A stretch of DNA of 61,206 bases, the filler included, from Vannella sp. (Eukaryota): NCBI GenBank assembly GCA_023345925.1. It is 6 parts of 6 records of this genome, joined end to end, with 100 filler letters (N's around TTAATTAATTAA, not from the genome) between each part and the next. Parts side by side here need not be neighbours in the genome. Positions count along the whole stretch, not along the records: positions 1 to 9,840 come from JAJQQN010000665.1; positions 9,941 to 17,463 come from JAJQQN010001311.1; 4 more parts are not named here. One strand, 5' to 3'. The translations under genes and the position numbers were made by a program. Below, piece by piece: positions 1 to 10,300 of the stretch. The notes under the pieces were generated by a model. It saw only the letters and a list, made by a program, of their open reading frames with translations, ran no database searches and was not told where the DNA came from. The stretch's first letter is position 1, and each line of letters starts with the position of its first letter.

Positions 1-1228
1 GGATTATCTCCGCGGCAACGTCATTCCTGCTTTTAGCCACGCTCTGGAGAGTGATCAGTTGGAGAGCTTTGGTTGGATTCCGGACTCTAAAGAGGAGTGG
101 GGCTCACTAGATAGTTTCTGCCTCTCGGCGATTCTGGATTCAACAGAAATGAGCCCAATTGTACACTTTTATGGCATTAACGTGCGCCATCTTGGACTTA
201 TCCGTAGCTTTACCACTGTGGACCGTTTCAGAGACTTCTTGCTTCTCCAGTGCACCACCAGAGCCATGAAGAATATCTTGCGTAGTGACATGCGAGAGGT
301 GATGAAAACAGGCCTTGGGAGTCCCACAGACATTCCCCTGCGCGATGTTGTGCTTTCAACGTACCGCAAGATTCGACCGTTCAATAACATCATCCAAGAG
401 AAGAGCTTCCGACAAGAGTCAGATGAGTATTGGCAATCTGTCTTTGCTGCCATCAAGGAGCAGTTTGCAGATTGCTTTACTGCTGATGAAGAGCAGGAAA
501 TCACGAAGAAAGGGCTCCACCATTTCCTATCAGAGCGGGTGGACTTTCGAGCGATTCTCTATCAATTCTTCAAGCTCGGCCAGATCCAGCTATCTCAAGC
601 AGCAATGTCACAGCTACTTACACCAGCTAACAAGGACGAAGACATTTGTTACTTCCATGAGTTCCGCTTGGTTCGGTCTGATGTGGAGCAATTTGCGCCG
701 CGTCTGCGCAAGCCTTATGTCACCACTGTTGCTCACTCTATGCTGTTAGCAAGCGAGGCGAATGAGAAAGGATTGGCCGACTCGAATGCTGCGCGCTTAA
801 TGGAAATGTCCACGCAATTAATGAGAAGCGCCCATCTCTCGGTTCCCATTTGCCCTTCGGTTAACAAGCTTTTGGGAGAACTCTACCTCCGACAAGCTCA
901 ACTCATTTCAGTCCCCAAGGATAGCATCATTCAACGATTCCGTGGATTCCGTCATCTTGAGATGAACTTGTCGGCAACCAATGACCCGGAGATTCGAACT
1001 TTGTTAATCTCTCTCATCAATGAGACTGCACCTCTGTGCGAGTTACATGGACTTTGCCAGGGTCATCTGCACGCTATCAAGGCACGTACTTTGGAGACGA
1101 GTAAAAAAGTGTGGAAGAAGCAGAGCTATCTCGTCACCTTCGCAGGCAAACTCCCAGAGATTGCCACGGCCAACCCAGACATTCCATCTGTCCGAGCGGG
1201 TTCTCACCGTGTTGCCATCACCCAATAA
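1..1228 (+). CDS. CLU (clustered mitochondria)-central-domain-like protein, 5'-partial
   Basis: ORF 59..1228 begins at a non-ATG codon near the window edge. Motif VHFYGINVRHLGLIRS followed by TRAMKNILR resembles the H-x-x-G-I-N-x-R-x-L-G signature of CLU central domains. Helical C-terminus. Confidence 0.6.
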   Translation, partial: DYLRGNVIPAFSHALESDQLESFGWIPDSKEEWGSLDSFCLSAILDSTEMSPIVHFYGINVRHLGLIRSFTTVDRFRDFLLLQCTTRAMKNILRSDMREVMKTGLGSPTDIPLRDVVLSTYRKIRPFNNIIQEKSFRQESDEYWQSVFAAIKEQFADCFTADEEQEITKKGLHHFLSERVDFRAILYQFFKLGQIQLSQAAMSQLLTPANKDEDICYFHEFRLVRSDVEQFAPRLRKPYVTTVAHSMLLASEANEKGLADSNAARLMEMSTQLMRSAHLSVPICPSVNKLLGELYLRQAQLISVPKDSIIQRFRGFRHLEMNLSATNDPEIRTLLISLINETAPLCELHGLCQGHLHAIKARTLETSKKVWKKQSYLVTFAGKLPEIATANPDIPSVRAGSHRVAITQ

Positions 1229-1233
1229 GACTT

Positions 1234-2950
1234 TCAATCCAGTTTACGATTCGCATAGACAAAGGCATTCTGGGATAGTGTCTGGAGCGCTGCTAACTGG
1301 GTCTGAATGACTGGAATGGAAGGACGGAGAGCGGGCTGGAAGTGTGTACACGCCTTGAACAAAAGGATGAGACCAGGATGATACCTGGCGTTCTGTTCTG
1401 GCGTGAGGAGCGGAGAATCTCCCTCCTGAATTGCCTCGCAGATACTGAAAGGGTTCAAGATATGATAGAATGGCTCTTGCAAAGATATAAGGGAGTAAAT
1501 AACCATGCCAAAGGAGAAGACTGAAAAGGGGTGAGTCACAACTGCATAGAGAAGAAGGAAGCTCTTTTACCATCTGCTGAGTGCGTGTAACCAGTAAGAT
1601 TCTGTAAAGACTTGCCAAATACTTCAGGGGCCATGTAACCAAAGGTGCCCACAGTACTCTGAGGAACAACACCGCCCCGAATTCTCTTTGCAGAGTCAAA
1701 GTCAGCGATAACAACTTCTTGCAGATCTCCACTGATTCCAGGAGTGACGTAAATGTTCTCCGTCTAAAGAAAAATAAGAAGCCATGACTCCCAATGCTAT
1801 TCCAGCACTTACTTTGATGTCCCGATGGATAATCAACTGGTCATGAAGAAACTCAATACCAGAAAGTATCTTAGTACTAATAGAGCAGATTTCTGACATC
1901 CTGAAGTATTCCTCTTTCGCACGCTTCTCATAAATAATCTTTTGAAGAGTGGAAGAGTGGCGAGTCATGAAAAGGCACAACTTTCCTTGATAAATGCAAT
2001 GGAACAGGTCTTTTCCAGCCCTTATCAGGTCCAAAAGGACATGCTTTGATGATACTTACATCGTACAATATTAGGATGCGAAGGAAGCTGATAGAGAAGC
2101 TCCATTTCCCGTTCAAACGACTCCAAATCGGTTTTGCTCTCACTATTCAGCTGTTTCATGGCACAGCCCCATCCTGAAAGAGCGTTCAGGATCGTTGAAA
2201 GTAGCAATAGGTTATGCCCTCTTACCATCGACGATACAGCTATAAACGACCGCTCCACTGCAACCTGAACCAATCCGCTCGCAAACAACGATGTTTGAGA
2301 CATCCACGGTCCGTTTCTTGAGGCTTTTGGAGAGGTTGGTGGTCCTAGCGATTGCCCTTGTGCTCTTGCGAGCGCTTTGCCACAGAGTATCGCGCTCTCG
2401 TCCTTTTAAGTAGTCCACGCGCGCCATCAGCTTCTCTTCTTCCTACAGAGAGGCATTAGTTCAGCTCTACGTGTCTAAGCACTACACATACTTCTTTCAG
2501 GCGTTCAATACGAGAGCGAATCGCCTCAGCCTGCTCCAAGTCGCCCTCAGGTTCGTCCGAGAGGACTCGGCGGCTCTTTCGGTAGCTGTCTGGCGAGGGA
2601 ATGAGAGTTGTTGTTCGGAAACGATGGAGGAACTTGGGCTTGATTGGTTTGACCTTCTTCTTTGCCTCAGTTCCGTCGCACTTGTCGCTCAGGTTGAAGT
2701 CGGACTGAGAGGATTGGATTTTAGACGATGGGGGAGAGAAGGGGCGCATCATAGTAGATGGTGTCGATACGCCTTCAAGATGTGTCTGTGTACGAGATCG
2801 TCGCCTCACGATAGGAGCTTCCGAGTCCTCAGAGCGACGAACGTACTCAGCGTTCGCGTCGTCTGTTGCTTGAGAGCGCGAAAGAGACCTCTTCTTTGCA
2901 GGTATAGGTATCACTACATTAGGGTCTTGCTTAATACCCCAATCCTTCAT
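1234..2950 (-). CDS. Ser/Thr protein kinase (TKL/Raf-like) with DFD in place of DFG; 6 predicted exons
   Basis: Spliced reading gives RIGSGCSGAVVY, CAMKQL, HPNIVRY, IIHRDIKTENI, IADFDSAK, GTFGYMAPE, YTHSADVFSFG and RPS. GT-AG introns at about 2443-2491, 2174-2225, 2010-2059, 1764-1812 and 1522-1570. Start codon approximate. Confidence 0.9.
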
Positions 2951-3350
2951 CACAGACGACGTGTGCGACAAAGAAACAGCTCTAGATCCCCTTCCTAACC
3001 GTCCTCCTTCCTTCGTCAGACCCGCGAACCCTCTCTCTCCTTCCTACCTCGATTGACTTCATTAGAGCTATCAGGCTCCACAAGAGGGTCCCCCTTCGAA
3101 CGACGGCCCATCCACAAAATGAGCTAAAACGAGCCGTCAACCGCCAACCTCGGATGTCACGTGACCTTTTGAATGTTGTTTCCATGTTGATGAACCATCA
3201 ATTGTTGTTCAAAATGTTATTTGTTGAAGGATGATGATTTGGTTTCAGTTTTTGGTGGAATGAAGAGGGTTGTGGCTGGAAGACGGATGTTTGGTGAGGG
3301 AGAGGAGGTCTTTGGTGGTTGTTGTTAGCTGATCTTCTAGGAAAGGTGTT

Positions 3351-5388
3351 ATGAGAGATCGCCAGCTCCCACCAGAGCTGAACTTGGAGGGCTACACGGA
3401 GATACCTTGGAGTAGCTGCGGGAAACCGAAGGCGTTCTTTCATAAGGACAAAGGAGACTACCAGATGATGTCGTGGACTCGAGGAATCTCTGCAAAGCCT
3501 CTTATTGAAGATCCTTTGGGTCCCTGGTTCTCCCAGCAAGCGGTGAGCGTCTTTTACATCACAAACCAAACTCAAGACCACTTACCTCCCTTCCAGCGCC
3601 TCTACGGTGACAAACCGCTCCTTCACGTTGGAACAGACGATAGCAAGTCGTTTACTTGGAGCCAAATGGATGTAGGTGGTCTGGAACCTCTTTCCCCGCC
3701 CAACTGAAGAAAATGATAGGCCAAAGTCGATCTCCTCTGCGTGGGGCTGCGAGAACGCCTTGGTCTTTGTAAAGGTGATCGATTAGGAATCTGTCTTCCT
3801 AATGGACCTGAATGGATAATGACGTTCCTTGCCTGTGCGAAGTTGGGAGTCATTGCGGTCAATATCAACCCCGCTCTCCGAACCCAGGACCTTCAGTGAG
3901 TCCCTCCTAGCTCATGTAGACTCCAAACACTAATTCAATGTAGGGGAGCTATCTGCCACACTTCGTTGAAGGTTCTATTGGTACCACGGCAGTGCAAATC
4001 GCACAACTTCCTCGACACTCTCCAACAACTGGTCCCTAACTTGGATCAACTGAAACCAGGTGCTCCCTTACAGAGTTCAAGCGTGCCGAGCTTGCAATCC
4101 ATCGTTGTGGCTGACTCTGAGGCTAAATCTCCTGTGCCTGGATGCTGGCAATTCGAAGATCTCCTACTTGACCTCAGTTCTCAGGGTCCTGGAGAGCATC
4201 TAGTTAATGCAAGTGACCCTGTGAACATTCAGTTCACATCAGGTACGACTGGGTCACCTAAAGGAGCGGTACTGTCCCACAGAAACATTCTGAACAATGC
4301 ACAATTCGTTGCCCAGCGGATGGATTTTAGTCCCTCTGACATTCTGTGTCTTCCAGTTCCACTTCATCACTGTTTTGGAGTGGTCATGGGCTTCCTAGCC
4401 TCGCTGACTACCGGAAGTCAAGTAGTTTTACCCTCTCCGCTATTCAACGCAGAGAAGACTTTGGAAGCAGTCCAGCACCACCGAGCCACAGCACTCCATG
4501 GAGTACCTACCATGTTCATAGAGGAGCTCAGCCTCCCCAACTTCAGCGAATATGACGTTTCAGGATTAAGAACAGGAATAATGGCGGGGTCCATTTGCCC
4601 AGAGGAGTTGCTTCTTCAAATCCATAAGGAAATGGGAATGCAACAGATAACTGTGTGCTATGGAATGACAGAGACATCACCAGTCAGCTTTCAGACAGCA
4701 GCAAAAGATCTCAACCACTTTCGGTACAACACTGTGGGAACGATTCTTCCCCATGTGGAGGCTAAGATTGTGGACGAAAGAGGATTTATCGTACCTTCTG
4801 GAAAGCCTGGGGAGATGTTCGTCCGTGGCTACTCGGTAATGAATGGCTACTGGAATGATTCAGTCAAAACAAAGGAGTCGATTGATGACGACGGTTGGAT
4901 GCGGACTGGCGACCTCGCAACTCTAGACTCAGAGGGCTACTGTCGCATAGTTGGACGAATCAAGGACATCATCATCCGAGGTAAGGATGCGGGGACAGCG
5001 TAATGATATCTCCTTATCAATGCATTAGGAGGAGAAAATATTTACCCAAGAGAGATTGAAGAACTACTCTACACTCATCCAAAGATCAAGGATGTTCAGA
5101 TTGTTGGCGTTCCTGATCCAAAGGTGAGCTCTCTCTCTCTTTCTCTCTCTTTGTGGTGTACCAAACTCAATTTTGAAGATGGGAGAAGAAGTTTGCGGTT
5201 GGGTCATCCTCCGAGATCCAGAAGAGGTTCTTTCCAGCGAGGAATTAACCTCTTTCTGTAAAGATAAGATTGCGCACTACAAAGTCCCCAAAAACTGGTT
5301 CCAAGCGCAAGAATTTCCTTTGACATCCACGGGCAAGATCCAGAAGACCATTCTTCGCGATATGGCTGCCAAAGAGATCGCTAAATAG
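3351..5388 (+). CDS. AMP-binding acyl-CoA synthetase (ACSF2-like), multi-exon
   Basis: Motifs [48 protein letters not shown] (across an intron) and [10 protein letters not shown]. Introns at about 3672-3719, 3896-3943, 4981-5028 and 5123-5178. A short upstream exon from 3260 (MKRVVAGRRMF) is possible. Confidence 0.92.
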
Positions 5389-5544
5389 AGCGATTTTGCA
5401 CACTATTCATAACTAACGATAGTCTGGCCATAACTACCAACAGATGAACCATTTATTAAGATTAAGACTTGTAAGAGGATCGCTCATCCAGAGGTCTGGC
5501 CGAACACTTGGAATACACTTTGAGGTGAAGCTACTCGACCAAGT

Positions 5545-8500
5545 CTACATTGATTGTGTGCCAACTATCTGAAGTTCTTTTTCAAGCATTCGGTTGAGGA
5601 GCTGCACGCGAAGCTCGATTAGGGCAACTGACAGGAGGCATACGATGATGGCAAGGCAGATGAAGGCGAGAGATAACCAGGAGAGGATCTCTTCAATCTT
5701 TTTTTCTTGGGAGCAGCCTCCCACTTGACCAGACAGTAGAAGAGCGAAGGAGGTCAGATGAGGAGTGACCCCACACGCAACAGTCTGGCCTCCCTCTGTC
5801 TGCTGTCTGTCCAGATTACAGTCTTGACACTTCCACCGTCTCTTCAAGGGATCGAAGAACCCCAGGCATTCAGCTGACTTCTTGTTCGGAGCCTTTTCTG
5901 TTGATGTGATGCAAATCGTCAGAGGAATCTCGAGCTTGTTGATGTCCCTGCCATCTTCTGCTCGTAATGTGACGTCAATGACCGTGTTGGAAGCGAAGTT
6001 TTTGGGTTTAGAGTCCGTGAGAACGAGAAACTCCACTTTCATCTCGCTCTTCTCCCCAGTGATTCCCTCTGGCGCTTCGATTCTACCGGCAATCAACCCA
6101 TCAGCAGTTGCAAGATCGACCTCTTGCCTTCCAGTTGCGACATCAATGTTCATAGAAGCGGACCCAACACTGCACCCTTCTTTGCAGTTGGTTAGATTGA
6201 CTAACAGGCTTGATGGAATGACAGAAAAGGAGTAAGAATAAGACTGGGAAGAGGATTCTTCTGGGGAGGGGCGAATTGTGGATAAATCCGAAGTGAGCGC
6301 TGACTGGCTTTTCAGTTCATCCACAGAAAGTGGACTTGGAGTGGAGGAACGGCTCTCTATCTGAACAACGGACGATGCATTCAGCGAGTTGGAATTGGCT
6401 GAAGAGTTGATTGGAGTGAATAATGCAAGAGAAGCTGACCAAGTCTCAGAATATGATTGACTGGCCGAGTCTGTGAGAGTATAGCTTTCAGTCAGAAGTG
6501 GGGGAGTAGCCACGTCAGTGAGTGTGACAGATAATGTTGGCAGCGTGACCACAGAAGAGGTTGCTGCACTTGAAGACGGACTGAAAGCATTCGTTTCGAC
6601 AACGCTAAAGGTCTGCGAAACACTGTAGGATGAAGGCATGCCTGTAGATTTGCGGTCGGAAGTGGACAGGCTTGGTGACAAAGTCGCGATAGTTGATTCC
6701 GTCTGACTTTGTGATCCAGCCCCACTCAAAGAAGGACTTTCAAAGGGAGTTGTACTTGCTATTGCAGAACTCGAGACACTGAGTGAAGTCGATGATGTGG
6801 AACTTGTTGTGCTTGTAAATGATGAAGAAACTTCAGCACTGGGAGTCGTCGAAACTCTTAACGCTTGGCTTTCGGAGCAGCTAACTGTGATAGAATCAGA
6901 TCTACTTGAAGTTCCAGTCTCTGTTGATGTATCTGAGGGCACCTCAGTGACAGAAGGAGTAAAGGAAGAGCTCGCAGAAGAGCCTGTTAAGCTACTGGGA
7001 GTGGAAGACATTGTTGGTAATCGGCTTCCTGTGCCAGTTTCTGATTGAGTTCGGGATGGACTATCACTATATGATTCAGATAGAGAGGAGCTCATTGAGT
7101 TAGATAAGGAGAAGCTCATTGAACAGCTAGAAGTGGGGGATGCTACTGATGATTCACTTCCTGTGCCAGTTTCTGATTGAGTGATTGAAGGGCTGTGTGA
7201 TCCAGTTATTGAACTGCTAGAAGTGGGGGATGTTGTTGGTGATCCACTTCCAGTGCCAGTTTCTGACGAAGTTAGGGAAGGACTGGCACTGTTTGATTCA
7301 GATAGAGAGGAGCTCATTGAGGAGCTAGAAGTGGGGGATGTTGTTGGTGATCCACTTCCTGTGCCAGTTTCTGACGAAGTTACGGAAGGACTGGCACTGT
7401 TTGATTCAGATAGAAAGGAGCTCATTGAGTAGCTAGAAGTGGGAGTGACTGAAGAAGTTTCAGAAACTGATCCGGTCGAGGAGCAGCTCGAAGAAAAGCT
7501 GACACTGATAGATGAGGTTGAGGAAGAGCTTGCAGATGGGCTCACAGTGGGAGTGATGGAAGAAGATTCCCTTTTTGAGGAAGTGACTGAAGAAGTTCGG
7601 GTCACTGACCCACTTCTGGACAAACTCACAGTAATGGAAGCAGTTGGAGAGTTGGTGGAGGGTGATGGTGAAGGGAAAGAACTGGGAGTATTACTATTCG
7701 ACGGAAAGGCTGGGCGAGAAGTTGATGGAGACAAAGAGCGCGAAACAGAGGAACTTTGAGATGTGCTCGACGAGTCTGTGGAAGAAGGACTTGCCGTTGA
7801 TGTCGCGAGAATCTCCATTCCAATGAGCCCTAATCTGAGCTTTACCTGTTCCAAGCTCAAGAGGCCTCTCGAATCCGCATCAAGATCACTTATGCTGACT
7901 CCCTGAAGAGCATGAATGCATGGTACTTCCGCAGAGAAGCTGTAAAACTCAAAGAAATCAAAAGATACCAAAGGATCAGGTCTAATGGGCGGGAGAAGTG
8001 TCCATGGACAAGCATCTGGGCATCGCAAACAACTTCTGGAGGACGAGAAGTTCCCGTTTGGAGAGATAACTCTGCCTAAATCAATGGCAGAACCGATTCC
8101 ATTCGACTGGCAAGCATAACCAATCAAATTGCTTTCTTCTGCGTGGAGGAGAGAATCTCGGAGCTGGAGACCAGAAGACTCCTTTCCTCCACCACACGAT
8201 GTTCCATTGAGTGTCGAGTGATTTAAACGGGCCAGCTTGGAAACAAGGAGGCCAGCACCAAGGCTAGTGCTCCCAGTGTGCAAGAGGCCGGAAGTCGAAG
8301 AGTTAGTCAACGATGCGTTTTCCAACAGAACGCCTGCTAAATCGTTCAAGAAGGAAAGGGCGCGTGTCTTCCATGGATGTAAAGGAGTCTCTGATGTCCG
8401 CGCTGGTAGCATGGGACCAAGAGCTCCTCGAGCAAATCCGGCTACGACTGAATTGGTCACATCACAATCGATAATCTTCACACCAATCACTGGGATCGAT

Positions 8501-9126
8501 TCCATGTAAGCCTGACCATAGACCTCAGCTCTATCTAGCGAGGTAGTTGTTATGAGAACGCCAAAGGGTCCCTTCAACGAGGTGCCATTGATAAAGACCG
8601 AAGCTGAGTTCGATTTTGGATGCAGATTGCCTCCAACCACAACTCCACTTCCTTCAGAGGACCATCCTGTTACACTTAACCTCTGATAGGAAAGAGAGCC
8701 TTGGGAGATCACTGCGCCAATCCCCTTCGAGGTCGAGTGACAGTCAATCTCAATGGCAATCGCGTTGACCGATGAATCAGAGGAGAAGTGGATGCTCTGC
8801 CCAGAACGGAGATGAACAGAGCCTCCAGAAGCTATCGTACCACGAACTGAAGTAGCCCTGCTGATGAAGAGAGTATCAGTAGAGGACAGTACTGACCCTT
8901 CAATCGATAGTGTTTCTCTCGCTTGGAGGACGATAGACAAAGCGCGGATGACCACGCCGGACGGAATACGAAGGAAGGTTCTGCTTGATACGTTGAAAGA
9001 GCCCGGGCAATCACAAGAAGCAAGCACCAAGTCACTCGACTCCACTTGGCAGCAATCCCGCGCTCCTCCACCATGAATAGCAAACACCCACAAAGCAAAC
9101 CAAAGGATCCCTCCCCACAACAGCAT
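5545..9126 (-). CDS. Large type-I membrane protein: signal peptide, beta-helix-like head, Ser/Thr mucin-like stalk, GPS motif, single TM helix
   Basis: Uninterrupted ORF 5545..9255. Hydrophobic leader MLLWGGILWFALWVFAIHGGGA (ATG at 9126), a Ser/Thr-rich region of roughly 500 aa, C-terminal CLGFFD...WKCQD...CGVTPHLTSFALLL, then TM segment ILSWLSLAFICLAIIVCLLSVALI and a short tail. Confidence 0.8.
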   Translation of the reverse strand: MLLWGGILWFALWVFAIHGGGARDCCQVESSDLVLASCDCPGSFNVSSRTFLRIPSGVVIRALSIVLQARETLSIEGSVLSSTDTLFISRATSVRGTIASGGSVHLRSGQSIHFSSDSSVNAIAIEIDCHSTSKGIGAVISQGSLSYQRLSVTGWSSEGSGVVVGGNLHPKSNSASVFINGTSLKGPFGVLITTTSLDRAEVYGQAYMESIPVIGVKIIDCDVTNSVVAGFARGALGPMLPARTSETPLHPWKTRALSFLNDLAGVLLENASLTNSSTSGLLHTGSTSLGAGLLVSKLARLNHSTLNGTSCGGGKESSGLQLRDSLLHAEESNLIGYACQSNGIGSAIDLGRVISPNGNFSSSRSCLRCPDACPWTLLPPIRPDPLVSFDFFEFYSFSAEVPCIHALQGVSISDLDADSRGLLSLEQVKLRLGLIGMEILATSTASPSSTDSSSTSQSSSVSRSLSPSTSRPAFPSNSNTPSSFPSPSPSTNSPTASITVSLSRSGSVTRTSSVTSSKRESSSITPTVSPSASSSSTSSISVSFSSSCSSTGSVSETSSVTPTSSYSMSSFLSESNSASPSVTSSETGTGSGSPTTSPTSSSSMSSSLSESNSASPSLTSSETGTGSGSPTTSPTSSSSITGSHSPSITQSETGTGSESSVASPTSSCSMSFSLSNSMSSSLSESYSDSPSRTQSETGTGSRLPTMSSTPSSLTGSSASSSFTPSVTEVPSDTSTETGTSSRSDSITVSCSESQALRVSTTPSAEVSSSFTSTTSSTSSTSLSVSSSAIASTTPFESPSLSGAGSQSQTESTIATLSPSLSTSDRKSTGMPSSYSVSQTFSVVETNAFSPSSSAATSSVVTLPTLSVTLTDVATPPLLTESYTLTDSASQSYSETWSASLALFTPINSSANSNSLNASSVVQIESRSSTPSPLSVDELKSQSALTSDLSTIRPSPEESSSQSYSYSFSVIPSSLLVNLTNCKEGCSVGSASMNIDVATGRQEVDLATADGLIAGRIEAPEGITGEKSEMKVEFLVLTDSKPKNFASNTVIDVTLRAEDGRDINKLEIPLTICITSTEKAPNKKSAECLGFFDPLKRRWKCQDCNLDRQQTEGGQTVACGVTPHLTSFALLLSGQVGGCSQEKKIEEILSWLSLAFICLAIIVCLLSVALIELRVQLLNRMLEKELQIVGTQSM
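7020..7445. repeat. Imperfect intragenic tandem repeat (units of about 90-132 nt) encoding the SETGTGS-containing stalk
   Basis: gtgccagtttctga recurs near 7031, 7163, 7253 and 7361. The protein repeats ...SLSESNSASPS(V/L)TSSETGTGSGSPTTSPTSSSS. Confidence 0.85.
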
Positions 9127-9545
9127 CGGACAAAGTGAAGTCTTGACCATAAGTCCCGACATCGCCAACCAATCGGATCGAGGGACCAAATTCCCGTTCC
9201 CTGAATTCAAACAAAGTCTCACATAAACGCGGGAATTGGTTTGCATCAAAAGCACTCTGGGCGCTCATCTAATTTGTTGTTTGAAGATAGAGAAAAGAAA
9301 AGGACGATTCAAAGCAATCGGGTAAAAGTCGGAATCGGAGCCGATTGGAAAGTTCTGAAAGCCGACACCCAAGCGGCTTGCCTCTGGTGACAGCGGACTT
9401 TTATTCATCTGTTGGGAGTCCTTGGGAGAGCTTCTTTACCAGGTTCCCAATCTAATTGGTGTGATGAGGTCAATACTTGAGGAACCTCCAATGGCCACAT
9501 TGGCTCTCGAGTTCTCGCGCCTCATTGTTGGCTTTGTATCAGCAC

Positions 9546-9840
9546 TCATGGACTCAACAACTTGATAGCCTCTGCAAGGACCAGCTCAATGACATAACAA
9601 ACACCGACAAGAGATGAGATCTCTAAGCGGATGGCTCTCACTTGGTTCGTCATTTTCGCATGAATGAGGACCATCCCTGATGGAGTGAGGACCATCTCTA
9701 AATCAACAACAATACCTGTTCCATCCGCATCCCCAACAGAGCCAATCAAATTACTCTCTTCTACGTGGAGACGAGAATGGTTCAGTTGGATACCCGAAGA
9801 GTCTATTCCTCCTCCCAGCACTCTTCCAGTGAGTGTTGAA
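9546..9840 (-). pseudogene. Fragment paralogous to the head domain of the adjacent GPS protein; truncated or degenerate, and cut by the contig end
   Basis: GGGIDSSGIQLNHSRLHVEESNLIGSVGDADGTGIVVDLEMVLTPSG aligns with GGGKESSGLQLRDSLLHAEESNLIGYACQSNGIGSAIDLGRVISPNG of the 5545..9255 ORF. The frame stops at 9546 without a stalk or TM. Confidence 0.55.
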
Positions 9841-9940
9841 NNNNNNNNNNNNNNNNNNNNNNNNNNNNNNNNNNNNNNNNNNNNTTAATTAATTAANNNN
9901 NNNNNNNNNNNNNNNNNNNNNNNNNNNNNNNNNNNNNNNN
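9841..9940. other. Artificial contig spacer
   Basis: N44-TTAATTAATTAA-N44. The core gives stops in all six frames and the spacer is identical at five places. Confidence 0.98.
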
Positions 9941-10300
9941 CACCGATGATGATTGAGTCACTGATTATGATGGAGTCACTGATGTTGATGGAGTCACTGA
10001 TGATGATGGAGTCACTGATGATGATGAAGTCACTGATGATGATGGAGTCACTGATGATGATGAAGTCACTGATGATGATGAAGTCACTGATGATGATGAA
10101 GTCACTGATGATGATGGAGTCTCTGATGATGATGGAGTCTCTGATGATGATGGAGTCACTGATGATGATGGAGTCACTGATGTTGATGGAGTCACTGATG
10201 ATGATGGAGTCACTGATGATGATGGAGTCACTGATGATGATGGAGTAACTGATGATGATGAAGTCACTGATGATGATGGAGTCACTGATGGTGATGAAGT
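9941..10300. repeat. 18-nt coding minisatellite (consensus ATGATGATGGAGTCACTG), about 19-20 copies
   Basis: Directly visible tandem array. The minus strand encodes SSSVTP/SSSVTS. It probably caused the assembly break. Confidence 0.95.

Noticed and set aside
1575..1616. Apparent GC-AG intron (G|GCAAGT...CAG) in the kinase
   Set aside because: Reading through gives APEVFGKSLQNLTGYTHSAD, a proper kinase subdomain VIII-IX. The real intron is the GT-AG at 1522-1570.
9841..9940. Recurrent TTAATTAATTAA flanked by Ns (also at 17464, 29739, 39233, 57057)
   Set aside because: An identical 100-nt six-frame-stop spacer inserted when contigs were concatenated. It is not biological, and neighbourhoods across it are meaningless.
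9946..10248. (MMMESL)n poly-methionine ORF, or a possible CRISPR-like array
   Set aside because: It is the antisense reading of the SSSVTP stalk repeat. Units are contiguous with no unique spacers, and no cas genes are present.
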